Position numbers and translations under genes: made by a program. Source: Pseudomonadota bacterium (GTDB lineage Bacteria > UBA10199 > 2-02-FULL-44-16 > DYJF01). From it: a stretch of 41,070 nucleotides of DNA. Positions 29,290 through 39,421 of this stretch are shown here, piece by piece. The notes under the pieces are model-generated. The model ran no database searches. It worked only from the letters and a program-made list of their open reading frames with translations, and was not told the origin of the DNA. How positions within the stretch are numbered: the first letter of the stretch is position 1; each line of letters opens with the position of its first letter. The stretch spans positions 1 to 41,070 of the forward strand of contig JBDRBB010000002.1 in assembly GCA_043823065.1 (NCBI GenBank). Reading direction: 5' to 3'.

Positions 29290-31130
29290 TTTTGCACTGC
29301 TTTGACAATATGGCGGCAACTAATACCTGCTGCATCTAGCAATTCATTTGGCTTACCAGATCTGGGCATTTGGGAAACTGCCAGCTTAGTAATGGCTACT
29401 TTGGGCTGGTCAGCAAATACATTAAGCACAGCATCACCCAAGCCACCTTCAAACCAATGATCTTCAACCACAATTATTTTTTCAGTCTGCTTTGCTAAAT
29501 GTCTTAAGGTTTTGGCATCTATGGGTTTTATAGAATAACAATCCACAACATCTATTGAAATTTTTCTCTTGGCCAACTCTTCCTGAGCCTGAAGAGCTTC
29601 ATATAAAGTTATACCAGCAGCAACTACCACTGCTTTTGTTTTTTTATTTTTTGTTCTTTTTGCCTTGTGCACCTTGCTACCGCCTATTTCAAATTTTTCC
29701 TGATTAGCATAGATTACGGGTGTGGCCGGCCTCGAAGTGCGCAGATAGATCAGGCCTTTAGTTTGAATCATTTTTTGCACCAGTTTTTCTGCAGCCACTG
29801 CATCTGCTGGATATAAAACTTGGCAGCCATGAACTGAGCGAAACATGGCCAAGTCTTCTAAACCCATTTGCGAAGGTCCGTCTTCGCCAATAGAAACCCC
29901 GGCGTGCGAACCACAAAACTTGATATTAGCTTGGCTGATGGCTGCCAGGCGAATTTGATCAAACGCCCTGGTTAAAAAAGCGGCAAAGGTTGAGACAAAA
30001 GGAATTTTTTGGCGTTTGGCCAAGCCAACTGCTGTGCCTACCATATTTTGTTCAGCAATAAACATTTCAAAAGAACGACTTGAAAATTTTTGTCTAAAAA
30101 ATTCCGAATAAGTGGAATTTTCTACATCACCATCTAAAGAAACAACTTGGGGATACTGTCCGCCCAAACGCGCCAAGGCCTTACCAAAAGCCATTCTCGT
30201 GGCAACCTGCTCCCCCTTTTTATAATTTAACATAGCAGCCCTAATTGGCTTATTCTGTTGGGGTCTGGCCCTTTTGGTTTTTTTTACTTTAATTATTAAT
30301 TTTTTATTCACTTCACCCAACTCAGCAACTGCCCTTTTATAATCTGCATCTTTTAAGGGTTTGCCGTGCCAACCTGGCATGTCTTTAATAAAAGAAACCC
30401 CTTGGCCCTTAAAAGTTTGAGCAATAATCATATATGGTTTGTCTTTCACCTGCCCAATTCTTTGCAATGCAGTTAAGATTTCTGCAAAATCATGACCATC
30501 AATAGTAACAACTTCCCAGCCAAAAGCTGTTAGCCGCTCCTTATAGGCCCACACATTGTGGCCCAACATAGTTGGCCCAGATTGACCCAAACGATTTACA
30601 TCTAAGAAACCAATTAAGTTGTCTAACTTATAGAAACTTGCCAGCTGCGCTGCTTCCCACACTGAACCTTCAGCCATTTCGCCGTCGCCTAATAAAACAA
30701 AGGTTCGATAATTAAGCTTATCTAAATATTTAGCATTAAGAGCCAAACCAACTCCAACTGAAAGCCCCTGTCCCAAAGAGCCGGTTGCTGCTTCTGTATA
30801 TTTAAAGCCTGGTGTAGGATGACCTTCTAAAGTGCTTCCTTTTTTGCGGTAAGTATCTAAAGCCTGTTTCTTTATTGCTCCGGCCACAGCAAACAACCCA
30901 TAAAAAAGCGGAGTAGCATGGCCCTTGCTAAAAATTAGGCGATCATTGTTCGGATAATTTGGATTTTTAAAATCATAACAAAAAGTAGTGGCAAAAAAAG
31001 CAGCCATTAAATCTGCTGCTGAAAGCGCTGAACTTGTGTGACCAGAGCCAGCCAGATATGGCATGCGCAAGGCATAATAACGCAAAGTTTTGGCCAACTC
31101 CATTAACTGCTCTTGTGTAATATTTTGCAT
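29286..31130 (-). CDS. tkt: transketolase (single-chain, compact type)
   Basis: [31 protein letters not shown] and GEDGPSQ motifs; start ATG 31130. Confidence 0.93.
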   Translation of the reverse strand: MQNITQEQLMELAKTLRYYALRMPYLAGSGHTSSALSAADLMAAFFATTFCYDFKNPNYPNNDRLIFSKGHATPLFYGLFAVAGAIKKQALDTYRKKGSTLEGHPTPGFKYTEAATGSLGQGLSVGVGLALNAKYLDKLNYRTFVLLGDGEMAEGSVWEAAQLASFYKLDNLIGFLDVNRLGQSGPTMLGHNVWAYKERLTAFGWEVVTIDGHDFAEILTALQRIGQVKDKPYMIIAQTFKGQGVSFIKDMPGWHGKPLKDADYKRAVAELGEVNKKLIIKVKKTKRARPQQNKPIRAAMLNYKKGEQVATRMAFGKALARLGGQYPQVVSLDGDVENSTYSEFFRQKFSSRSFEMFIAEQNMVGTAVGLAKRQKIPFVSTFAAFLTRAFDQIRLAAISQANIKFCGSHAGVSIGEDGPSQMGLEDLAMFRSVHGCQVLYPADAVAAEKLVQKMIQTKGLIYLRTSRPATPVIYANQEKFEIGGSKVHKAKRTKNKKTKAVVVAAGITLYEALQAQEELAKRKISIDVVDCYSIKPIDAKTLRHLAKQTEKIIVVEDHWFEGGLGDAVLNVFADQPKVAITKLAVSQMPRSGKPNELLDAAGISCRHIVKAVQN

Positions 31131-31198
31131 GAGATTGTTTTTACAGTAGTCTGCTTTAATGCGCAAATAAAAAGCCGTGCACTTAGAACAAATTAACT

Positions 31199-32188
31199 CT
31201 AAGCTCTATATCTATATTCAGCTTCATAGATTTGTCTTTGACGCAACTCTTGCATACCAAGCTCCATTAAAATGGAGCCAATCAAGCCTGTGGCAATTCC
31301 AGTCAAACCCATGATCAAAATCCGTCCGCCTGCTGGCATTAAGGCTCGAATAGAAGGAAGGGTTCTTGCTGCTGCAGGTTCTTGTTCTATGGCTCTGAAA
31401 GCAGCTTGCTCTAATGATCGCTGTTCAACCACCCTGGCACAACGAAGCAACCTGTTCAACAAATGCATAGGGCCGGTTGCACCTATCGTTCCATGCACAT
31501 AGTCCCCATTTCTCACGGTTAATCTTAAAATATAAACCAGCCGTTGAGAAAATTCTGGGCTAAATCTAACCACGTCATCAGAGCTATGCTCCAAAGCTTG
31601 CATTAACAATTTTAACTCCTGACCATAGCCATTGCCCATATTAGACATCAAAACTTCTCTAAAGTGCGAGCCATAACGAGCATCATTAACCAAAACTCTT
31701 ATCATATCTCTCAATGCTGGCGATAACTGACCAGTTTCTAATATAGCCAGGTGATTACTAAAAATAACTTCAATATGCGGAGAGGTTAATGCTGAGTAGT
31801 GAAAATAGCCAGGACCACCAGCTGGCGAAAAATAGGCACGATAAACTGGGGGCCTTAAAATTGAACCCTGATACATATGAGCAGATTCAAAATTGAAACC
31901 TGGCGGTAATTGGACTAATTTATTATCCTTCAAAAAAAATAATAATGACCTAATCAAATAGTTAACAGTGATTTGTTGTTGCTCTGTAGTTAAAAAATAG
32001 CCTAACAGAAAAATACTGTGTAAGATCCAATCATCTTGAATAGCGTCTAGATCTACTTCTGGAGGACTGGTTGCGACATAGTAATCAACATCACCACCTA
32101 AATTACCTTCAAAATCAACATCTCCTTCATTATTTAAATTTATTTGTGAGCAAAACCACGGGAACATACCGCTGCATCTAATCATCAA
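31199..32188 (-). CDS. hypothetical protein with a C-terminal hydrophobic helix
   Basis: 329-aa ORF whose start overlaps the upstream stop by 4 bp; no motif recognised. Confidence 0.7.
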   Translation of the reverse strand: MMIRCSGMFPWFCSQINLNNEGDVDFEGNLGGDVDYYVATSPPEVDLDAIQDDWILHSIFLLGYFLTTEQQQITVNYLIRSLLFFLKDNKLVQLPPGFNFESAHMYQGSILRPPVYRAYFSPAGGPGYFHYSALTSPHIEVIFSNHLAILETGQLSPALRDMIRVLVNDARYGSHFREVLMSNMGNGYGQELKLLMQALEHSSDDVVRFSPEFSQRLVYILRLTVRNGDYVHGTIGATGPMHLLNRLLRCARVVEQRSLEQAAFRAIEQEPAAARTLPSIRALMPAGGRILIMGLTGIATGLIGSILMELGMQELRQRQIYEAEYRYRA

Positions 32189-33075
32189 AGCTCCTTATGA
32201 AATAAAATGACATCTCCGAGTTTGCAATTCATATGTTTGGCCACAACAGGACATTTAGCCTTGAACAAAAAGAAAATTGTTCGTTGGGTTTCAGACAAAG
32301 TTTCAAAATTGCCCTGACCTTTGCTGATCACCAAATCTGCTTGATAAAAAATATCTCTAAATTCAGGAAAACACAAAGTCAATACTGTTCCAGGCACATC
32401 TGAACCACTAGAAATTATGCTGGTTAATTTATCAAGACCACAGAATATTGCATCTGCTTTTAAGGCATCATTAATAATGGGCTTTTCTTTAACCGCAAAG
32501 ATAATATTTTTATCTGGATATAAATTCAGAATTTGCTCAATCAAGATACGATCAAAAACTATTTCGCCAGCATTATCTCCCAAATAAAGTATAGTTTTGG
32601 CTTGCTTAAGAGTTTGTTTAAAAGCTTCAAAATCAAATAAACCTGGCTGTTCATTTTGAATAGCTTCATTTTCTTCTGTTAAAATTTTTTCCAACTCAGC
32701 ATCAACATTTAAACTATTTTTAACGCCAAAATCTAAGAGATTGCCGGCAATGGCCAATTCAACTGCCAGCTTTAATTTATTTTCAGTTTTTGCTAAACGC
32801 TTTTGCAGCATCGGATAGGCTGCTAAAGCTAGCTCATTGCTTCTTTTTTTCTGCTCCAAATATGGATCAGGATTTTTGCTAATTTCTTTGATTAAATTAT
32901 AAAACATTTTTGCAGTTTGCGGAGGAGGAAGATGCATATTAATCTCAGGCAAATGCTTGGCCAGCTCATCTAAAACCTGTTTTTGCTGTGCTTCATTTGC
33001 TCCGGCAATCTTGGCTGCTTCCAGGGCTTGTCTGAAAAAACAAGGGATACAATCAACATAAGCTTTCATTTTCAA
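32185..33075 (-). CDS. DUF89 / ARMT1-like metal-dependent phosphatase
   Basis: DCIPC, IAGN.LD, DNAGEIVFD, PIINDA, SKGQGNFETL and KCP motifs. Confidence 0.9.
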   Translation of the reverse strand: MKMKAYVDCIPCFFRQALEAAKIAGANEAQQKQVLDELAKHLPEINMHLPPPQTAKMFYNLIKEISKNPDPYLEQKKRSNELALAAYPMLQKRLAKTENKLKLAVELAIAGNLLDFGVKNSLNVDAELEKILTEENEAIQNEQPGLFDFEAFKQTLKQAKTILYLGDNAGEIVFDRILIEQILNLYPDKNIIFAVKEKPIINDALKADAIFCGLDKLTSIISSGSDVPGTVLTLCFPEFRDIFYQADLVISKGQGNFETLSETQRTIFFLFKAKCPVVAKHMNCKLGDVILFHKEL

Positions 33076-33602
33076 ATCTCCTTTTTGGCAAAAACTTCCA
33101 ATTGCCTGATGATACTTGATTCGCGCTGATAAAAACCATGGGTGTGATATGAATTTCCCAGTTGATAATATAAATAATCTAAATGATGCAAAAATTCATG
33201 AATTGTGGTGCGCAAGAAAGTGCGGAACTTAACTACATTCTTCTTTTTGGCTGTTTTCATCCAAACTGTAATTGTGGTTGGCTTATCTTGGCTCATTTCA
33301 TATAGACCATGCAATTCTGAACGACTGCTAGAAGGCCGCTTGCCCAATACTCTTACTTCAAGTTGTTGCACCTTAAACACTTCACACAAGCCGCTAACCA
33401 AACGCTCAGTAGCTGCCTTGGTATGAGGCAAACTATCAGCAGCCAAGGCCTTTTGCAGATCCACCACTACCTTATAAAAACGCGCAGCTTGCGGCACTTC
33501 CACCTGATCAATAGCATCACTTTTATCATAAATACGCTTTTGGCCAGAAGAGAGCTTACTATAATAAGCAAATTTTGGAGGCTTGCATTTTTCTAGCAGC
33601 AT
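33072..33602 (-). CDS. hypothetical protein with an HExxH zincin-like motif
   Basis: TTIHEFLHHLD...SYHTHGFY. Confidence 0.6.
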   Translation of the reverse strand: MLLEKCKPPKFAYYSKLSSGQKRIYDKSDAIDQVEVPQAARFYKVVVDLQKALAADSLPHTKAATERLVSGLCEVFKVQQLEVRVLGKRPSSSRSELHGLYEMSQDKPTTITVWMKTAKKKNVVKFRTFLRTTIHEFLHHLDYLYYQLGNSYHTHGFYQRESSIIRQLEVFAKKEI

Positions 33603-33660
33603 CTGGCAAACATAGCCGATAATTCAACCTGAAATCAACCAGCAAAGGAGAAAATTCTAT

Positions 33661-34032
33661 ATGAAATCGTGCTCAGAATGTGGACAACAGTGCTGTAAAT
33701 CCGTGATTATTCAGATTGATGACCCAACTAGTTTTCAGGATTGGGAAGAAATTCGTTGGAAAGCTGCCCATAAAAACGTTTGGGTGATTAAAGATAATGA
33801 AGATGACTGGTGCGTGGAATTTTTTACTGATTGCGAACATCTTCAAGAAAATGGCGAATGCACAATTTACCATAAACGCCCGTTTATCTGTTCTGAACAC
33901 GCTCCTGACGAATGCATTGTTAATGGTGAAGGTGAATATTATAAACTTATCTTTAAAACCAGCGCTGAGGTTGAAGAATATCTAACAGCTCATCCTGAAG
34001 CTATTCAGGATGAAAAAGCTATTGATTTATAA
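33661..34032 (+). CDS. YkgJ-family cysteine cluster protein
   Basis: CSECGQQCC..CEHL..CTIY..RP.IC; AAGGAG RBS. Confidence 0.88.
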   Translation: MKSCSECGQQCCKSVIIQIDDPTSFQDWEEIRWKAAHKNVWVIKDNEDDWCVEFFTDCEHLQENGECTIYHKRPFICSEHAPDECIVNGEGEYYKLIFKTSAEVEEYLTAHPEAIQDEKAIDL

Positions 34033-34264
34033 ATAGCCTAAATCTTCTTTCCATCAGGTGTCACTTTTCTGACATCTATTATATACATTTTACCTATATC
34101 CACCCAGAAACATTATACGCCACCCAATTTTGCAAAATTAGCGTTTAGTTTCAATAGGTTGTAATTATGATAATTATGACCTTTTGGCATAAAATATGAA
34201 TAAATATGGGCTAGTACAGAAATGTCATTGCCCAACTTGATTGGGCAATCTACGGAGGTTCATT

Positions 34265-36589
34265 ATGAATTTTAAAAAAATATTTTTTATTTTTCTCTGT
34301 CTTTTAATCGGCCTGGGCTTAAGCATTATGCAGCTTAGCCAAGCTTCAAATGGACCCACCCAGCAAGAATTAGTTCAAACCCTGGATAAAGCAATTAAGG
34401 CCTTTTGGAATGAGCGTGGCGTGTTTCATCATGCAGAAGATGGTGAGCTGGTAGGCTGGGCTAATTTTAAGACAATTGATAATCCAGATGACCCACGCTG
34501 GGGCATTGACGACAAAAACAGACCTAATAAACCTGTGGTTTCAATTTTAGAACCTGGCATTTGTGGAGCTGGCATAGCTTTTTTAAAAGCCTATGAGGTC
34601 ACCAAAAACAAGCTCTACCTGCAATATGCTCTGGAAGTTGGCAAAACCCTGATTTCCATCCAAAAGGATAGGCCTTATCCTGGTTGGTCCAGCCATGCGG
34701 TAGTTATTCCTCAAGATCTTGACAGGGACGATGCTGGCCATTGGACCAGCGCCTCTTTGAGCAAGCCTCGCGAGCATGGCAACCTTGCCTATCCATCTCA
34801 AGATCGTCCTTATGTCACCTTTGATGATGGCATTAGTCTAAACGGCGCAACATATTTGATTGAACTGTATGCTGCGATTAAATATCTAAATGATCTAGAT
34901 TTGGGAAGTATTGATAAAAATATATTTAAACAAGGTGCTGAGAATTTTTTTAACATGGTTAACGACTTTACAACTTTAAAACTAGAAAAAGATAATTTCC
35001 AAAATCTTCGGATCGATAATGGTTATGAAGGCAAAAACGGACTACACCCGTTTAATGCTTATCTAGCAGGCTTGCCAGAAGACCATCCTTTAAACCGCAA
35101 TGAAGATTTTCAGCCTTATGCTAATGGCGGGCTTCCTCAAGGTATGAGAGCTATGAAAGATATGCTTTTATATGGCGGAACACAATATGGGGCCCTGACT
35201 GCTGGCTACCCTTTGCACAAAACCTTAAATGATCATGAGATGAGCAGACTGCTTTTATTTCTCATGCGCTACTATGATGTAACACATAATAGCAAAGCAT
35301 TGGTAAATTTGGAAAAACAACTAAATTGGCTGGTCAAGGTTTTTAAGGAAAATGGAAACAGAGCCTGGTGTCAGCAATATCATGTGCTGGACGAAAAATG
35401 CGCGCCAGCCAGACCCTGGGAGTCTCCTGCTCTGGCTATTCCAGAAAGCATTAAATTAATTGATAGTATTGCTTATGTGGAAAAAACTTTGGAAGAAAAA
35501 TTCCACCGCCGTAATAACGAAGTCCGCTTCATGCTAGAAAACGCAATTTATTATATTCATAAAAAGATTAAACCTGATGATATCACTGATAGACAACAAA
35601 AGAAGTTTTTTAGATTTTATGCCTTAGATAATTATAATCAAAGAACGAATCCTTCTGCTAACATGCCAATTCAAGCCAATGATCCTCTATATTCCTGCGA
35701 CTACTACTATACTAGCAACCCCTATACGCAAACATGCAGCAGCCCAGACTCACAAAGTTATAATTATTATTCAATAGACGAGCAAGCAGGAGAATTTCAA
35801 AGTCCTGAAGCATTTGTTGTTGATAATATTTCAGCTGGAGGAGCTCATAATTATGCCATTAGGGATGAATGCCTGAATGACTTAAACATAACCAGCTTTT
35901 TTAGCTGCTTAGATCTTAATAAAACAATAGCCAATCAGGACAATTATTGGGACCACAATCGTGTTTACTGGGGCTGGAGTGCATCTGAGTATATCCCACC
36001 AAATAATCAAGGACTTTGGACTTCAAACATACAGCTTTATGGAGATAGCCGAACCATTATCAATACTGGGGATTTTAGGAAAAACGTAATTTATCTTGCT
36101 GCTCAGATTAATCCTGATGAAATAGCTAACATAATAACAGGAACCAGCTTACCCCCCTTAGAAGATCTAGAAGTAATTAGATCGCCGGCAGAAGATATAA
36201 AGGATAGGCCAGGAGCAGAAGTCACGGTAATTGGGCCAATCTTTACACCATTTAAACCAACCCCTACTCAACCCACAATCCATGCTGAGCCAATTGCTGA
36301 AGGACCAACTATTTGGGGAGATACAGAAGCAGACCGCACCTATCAGGCCCAGCCAGAGACTCCAGCTGTAACCGAACCTGGCCCCACACCTGCTGCACCT
36401 GTTGAAGAACCACAAATTGCGCCACCCCCTGAAACTTCACCCGAACCCGAACCCGAACCAGAGACAAAAAATGAAGAACCATTAGATATGACTGCTGAAC
36501 CAGCTGAAGTAGAAGTTCAAGAAGAAGAAGAACCAACACAGCCAGCTTTGGGAGGATGTGCCAGGGTAAAAAATTATTTATTGCATTAG
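34265..36589 (+). CDS. exported PL10 pectate-lyase-like protein with Pro/Glu-rich tail
   Basis: VTFDD, TLND..M, WCQQY and PARPWE.PA motifs; signal peptide; GGAGG RBS before ATG 34265. Confidence 0.7.
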   Translation: MNFKKIFFIFLCLLIGLGLSIMQLSQASNGPTQQELVQTLDKAIKAFWNERGVFHHAEDGELVGWANFKTIDNPDDPRWGIDDKNRPNKPVVSILEPGICGAGIAFLKAYEVTKNKLYLQYALEVGKTLISIQKDRPYPGWSSHAVVIPQDLDRDDAGHWTSASLSKPREHGNLAYPSQDRPYVTFDDGISLNGATYLIELYAAIKYLNDLDLGSIDKNIFKQGAENFFNMVNDFTTLKLEKDNFQNLRIDNGYEGKNGLHPFNAYLAGLPEDHPLNRNEDFQPYANGGLPQGMRAMKDMLLYGGTQYGALTAGYPLHKTLNDHEMSRLLLFLMRYYDVTHNSKALVNLEKQLNWLVKVFKENGNRAWCQQYHVLDEKCAPARPWESPALAIPESIKLIDSIAYVEKTLEEKFHRRNNEVRFMLENAIYYIHKKIKPDDITDRQQKKFFRFYALDNYNQRTNPSANMPIQANDPLYSCDYYYTSNPYTQTCSSPDSQSYNYYSIDEQAGEFQSPEAFVVDNISAGGAHNYAIRDECLNDLNITSFFSCLDLNKTIANQDNYWDHNRVYWGWSASEYIPPNNQGLWTSNIQLYGDSRTIINTGDFRKNVIYLAAQINPDEIANIITGTSLPPLEDLEVIRSPAEDIKDRPGAEVTVIGPIFTPFKPTPTQPTIHAEPIAEGPTIWGDTEADRTYQAQPETPAVTEPGPTPAAPVEEPQIAPPPETSPEPEPEPETKNEEPLDMTAEPAEVEVQEEEEPTQPALGGCARVKNYLLH

Positions 36590-37428
36590 ATTAGATAAGT
36601 AGCAGCCACCCAATTTTCTTCCATCTGGCAGGCTAGATTACTAAAGCCAAGTTGCTTGGCTTTGGCATTTATCTCTTCTAGATCATTCTCATAAAAACCG
36701 CTCAGAATAATATTTCCAGGAGAATTTAAGCTTTTTTGATAAGCAGGAAGATCATTTAATAATATATTAAGATTAATATTGGCCAAAATAATATCAAACT
36801 TTCCCAATTCTTTAAGCAAGCTGGCATCACCTAAAATAACTTTTAGGTTTTGAATATTGTTTAACCCAATATTTTCCTGAGAATTATTAATTGCCCATTC
36901 ATCAATATCAATACCAACCACTTCTTTGGCTTTCAATTTCGAGGCTAAGATACCTAAAATACTAGTTCCGCAGCCCATATCCAAAACTCTTTTAGCTTTG
37001 AAATCTATTTCCAGCATGGCTTTAAGCATCAGCGCTGTGGGCGGGCTATGGCCAGTGCCAAAAGACATTTTAGGATCAATAATAATTTCATATTTATATT
37101 TTTTATTTTTTGGATGAAAAGAACCGCGCACATAGATTTGTTCGCCTACAACAATAGGCTCAAAATGGTCTTCCCATTCTTTGTTCCAGTTGTGAGGTTC
37201 AAGTTTCTGGATTGAAAATCTAAGTTCAACTTGTTCTTGGAGGCGCACCAAATCTGGATGATTTTCAAGTTTAGCTAAATCAAATTCCTCAGCTTTAAGA
37301 TAGGCCTTAAGAACATCCTCTTCCAAAAGAAATGACTCAAAACTCAACTCATTAAGTGCTGCCGTTAGAATATCTGCCATTTCTTCACTGAATGGAATAA
37401 TTTGGCACTGTAGTTCTAGAAAATTCAC
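36586..37428 (-). CDS. prmA: ribosomal protein L11 methyltransferase
   Basis: NWNKEW, IDPKMSFGTGH, VLDMGCGT.IL and ILSGF motifs; GTG start at 37428. Confidence 0.93.
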   Translation of the reverse strand: MNFLELQCQIIPFSEEMADILTAALNELSFESFLLEEDVLKAYLKAEEFDLAKLENHPDLVRLQEQVELRFSIQKLEPHNWNKEWEDHFEPIVVGEQIYVRGSFHPKNKKYKYEIIIDPKMSFGTGHSPPTALMLKAMLEIDFKAKRVLDMGCGTSILGILASKLKAKEVVGIDIDEWAINNSQENIGLNNIQNLKVILGDASLLKELGKFDIILANINLNILLNDLPAYQKSLNSPGNIILSGFYENDLEEINAKAKQLGFSNLACQMEENWVAATYLI

Positions 37429-37487
37429 TTTCAAAGCATACCCTTTTCTTATATATTTGCCAATATGTCTCTGACGCCTCAAAACAT

Positions 37488-38033
37488 ATGAGATACATAC
37501 AAACAACTTTTATTTTAATCTTATTATTAAACATTCCTCTTTCCTGCACCCCCAAACCTGTAGAGCAAAGCCTTTTCTCTAACCTTAAAAGCTTGGCTCA
37601 AACTATGTCAGAAAAAGAAGTTGGCCTAGATCAGCTCCCCAAATACCTGCCGGTTAAAGTTAAAGATTTAAAATCTGCTAAAAAAATTGAAATCGGCTCT
37701 GAAAAATATTCAGAAATGATGGAGAGGAAAGAGTTGGTGGCGGAAGATTTTTTTGGTTATATATCTTGTAGAAACGATGATCTGCAAAGCATATATCGTT
37801 TGGAAATCATACCGAAAGATGATCTAATAATTGCTTTTCAGCAAGATATTGTTCCTGAATTCGGGACTGGCTGGCAAACCATTCACCAGAGCAAAACTTC
37901 CTCAGTGGCCTATGCCCTGCCTAATTGGTCACGGGAAAAAGTGACCATCTTTTTTTCGCTTAATTTGCCGGCACAGGCTACCGAATCCCGGGTCCAGAAA
38001 ATTGTTATGCAAAAAAGATTGCCAAATGAATAA
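37488..38033 (+). CDS. putative lipoprotein
   Basis: Hydrophobic N-terminus ending in PLSC. Confidence 0.65.
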   Translation: MRYIQTTFILILLLNIPLSCTPKPVEQSLFSNLKSLAQTMSEKEVGLDQLPKYLPVKVKDLKSAKKIEIGSEKYSEMMERKELVAEDFFGYISCRNDDLQSIYRLEIIPKDDLIIAFQQDIVPEFGTGWQTIHQSKTSSVAYALPNWSREKVTIFFSLNLPAQATESRVQKIVMQKRLPNE

Positions 38034-38080
38034 GCAACATGGCGCGGCCTGCCGCTGGTGGCTGAAGGAGAAGAACTTTT

Positions 38081-38704
38081 ATGATTATTCCTAAACTAAA
38101 AAAAATAGATATCGCGCTTAAACCTTCTAGAATTGAAGCTTTAACTGATGGCGTGTTTGCCATTGCCATGACCCTTTTGGTTTTGAATTTTGATATTCAA
38201 GAGCCTGCAGAAAGGCTAAGCACTCTTTCTTTAAGCGCAGAGCTTCTTAACTTGTGGCCTCATTTCCTGCATTATGTAATCAGCTTTATCATCCTGTCTT
38301 CTTTTTGGCTCTCTCATCACTATCATTTTCATTTTATCAAACATGTTGATCGCAATCTGATCTATTTGAATATTTTCAAATTGATGTTTATTTGTTTTAT
38401 TCCTTTTTCAACTTCTTTGGTTGGCGATTTTCCCTTGTCTCTGACAGCAGCTCTGATCTTTGAAGTAAATATGCTTATCGCCGGCCTGCTGTCATATTGG
38501 CAATGGGGCTATGCCACCAAAAATCATCGCCTAGTGGAAAAGGATCTGGAAGAGCATATCATTGCAATTAGCAAACAAACAGACTTAGTCATTCCTGCAA
38601 TTTCAGCTGTAGCTATTGTATTTTCCATCTTTTTGCCTCATTGGGGCACCAGACTGTATATCTTAATACCACTGATTTTATTATTTTTCAGGAAGAATGC
38701 TTAG
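38081..38704 (+). CDS. TMEM175 (DUF1211) family potassium channel
   Basis: RIEALTDGVFAIAMTLLVL, YVISF..W..HH and FIPF motifs. Confidence 0.92.
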   Translation: MIIPKLKKIDIALKPSRIEALTDGVFAIAMTLLVLNFDIQEPAERLSTLSLSAELLNLWPHFLHYVISFIILSSFWLSHHYHFHFIKHVDRNLIYLNIFKLMFICFIPFSTSLVGDFPLSLTAALIFEVNMLIAGLLSYWQWGYATKNHRLVEKDLEEHIIAISKQTDLVIPAISAVAIVFSIFLPHWGTRLYILIPLILLFFRKNA

Positions 38705-38761
38705 ATTTTCCTTCTGGACAAATGAAAGTTGTTTTTATAGGTATTCTAGACTCAAAACTTT

Positions 38762-38945
38762 GGAGAGGTGGGAGAGTGGCTGATTCCAGCTGCCTGGCTC
38801 AAGCAGTTGTACTGTAACAGGTACCGAGGGTTCGGAGAGTAACTATATAATGAGCGTTGCCAGCTGTAATTCCAGAAATTTGCAATGTGTTTCTAGCAAC
38901 GCATTATTACGAACCAGCGAGCTTTAGCGAGCTAATCCCTCCCTC
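38762..38945 (+). pseudogene. disrupted copy of tRNA-Ser with a 99-bp T-loop insertion
   Basis: Matches 38983-39065 except for the anticodon loop (CTGGCTCAA vs CTGCTAA) and an insert at 38835-38933; lacks the terminal TCCGCCA. Confidence 0.9.
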
Positions 38946-38982
38946 AATTGCATAACCAGTTTTTTGAAAAAAAGTATGAATC

Positions 38983-39226
<244 letters not shown>

Positions 39227-39362
39227 TAAAAACATTACGGGATTTTTAAGGTCCCTTCATTGTTTTTAGCTGCAACTAAAGTTGCAGCGAGCCGATCAAG
39301 GGTACTCAAGTGGATTCTAAATTTTCAAGTCAAGCTGCCCAAAGGCGATATTTAAGGTTTAC

Positions 39363-39403
39363 GCAATAAGTTTGCCAATAAAAAACATTGTCAAACTTAT
39401 TGC
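39363..39403. promoter_or_regulatory. 17-bp inverted repeat upstream of the recombinase
   Basis: GCAATAAGTTTGCCAAT-N7-ATTGTCAAACTTATTGC with one mismatch; AAGGAGG RBS follows. Confidence 0.7.
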
Positions 39404-39421
39404 AAATCCAAGGAGGCTGTC

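Noticed and set aside
36440..36463. CCCGAA hexamer tandem repeat
   Set aside because: Explained by the PEPEPEPE linker coding sequence.
38835..38933. Group I/II intron or tmRNA interpretation of the tRNA insert
   Set aside because: Too short for a ribozyme core; no tag ORF or tmRNA ends; the host copy is also defective elsewhere.
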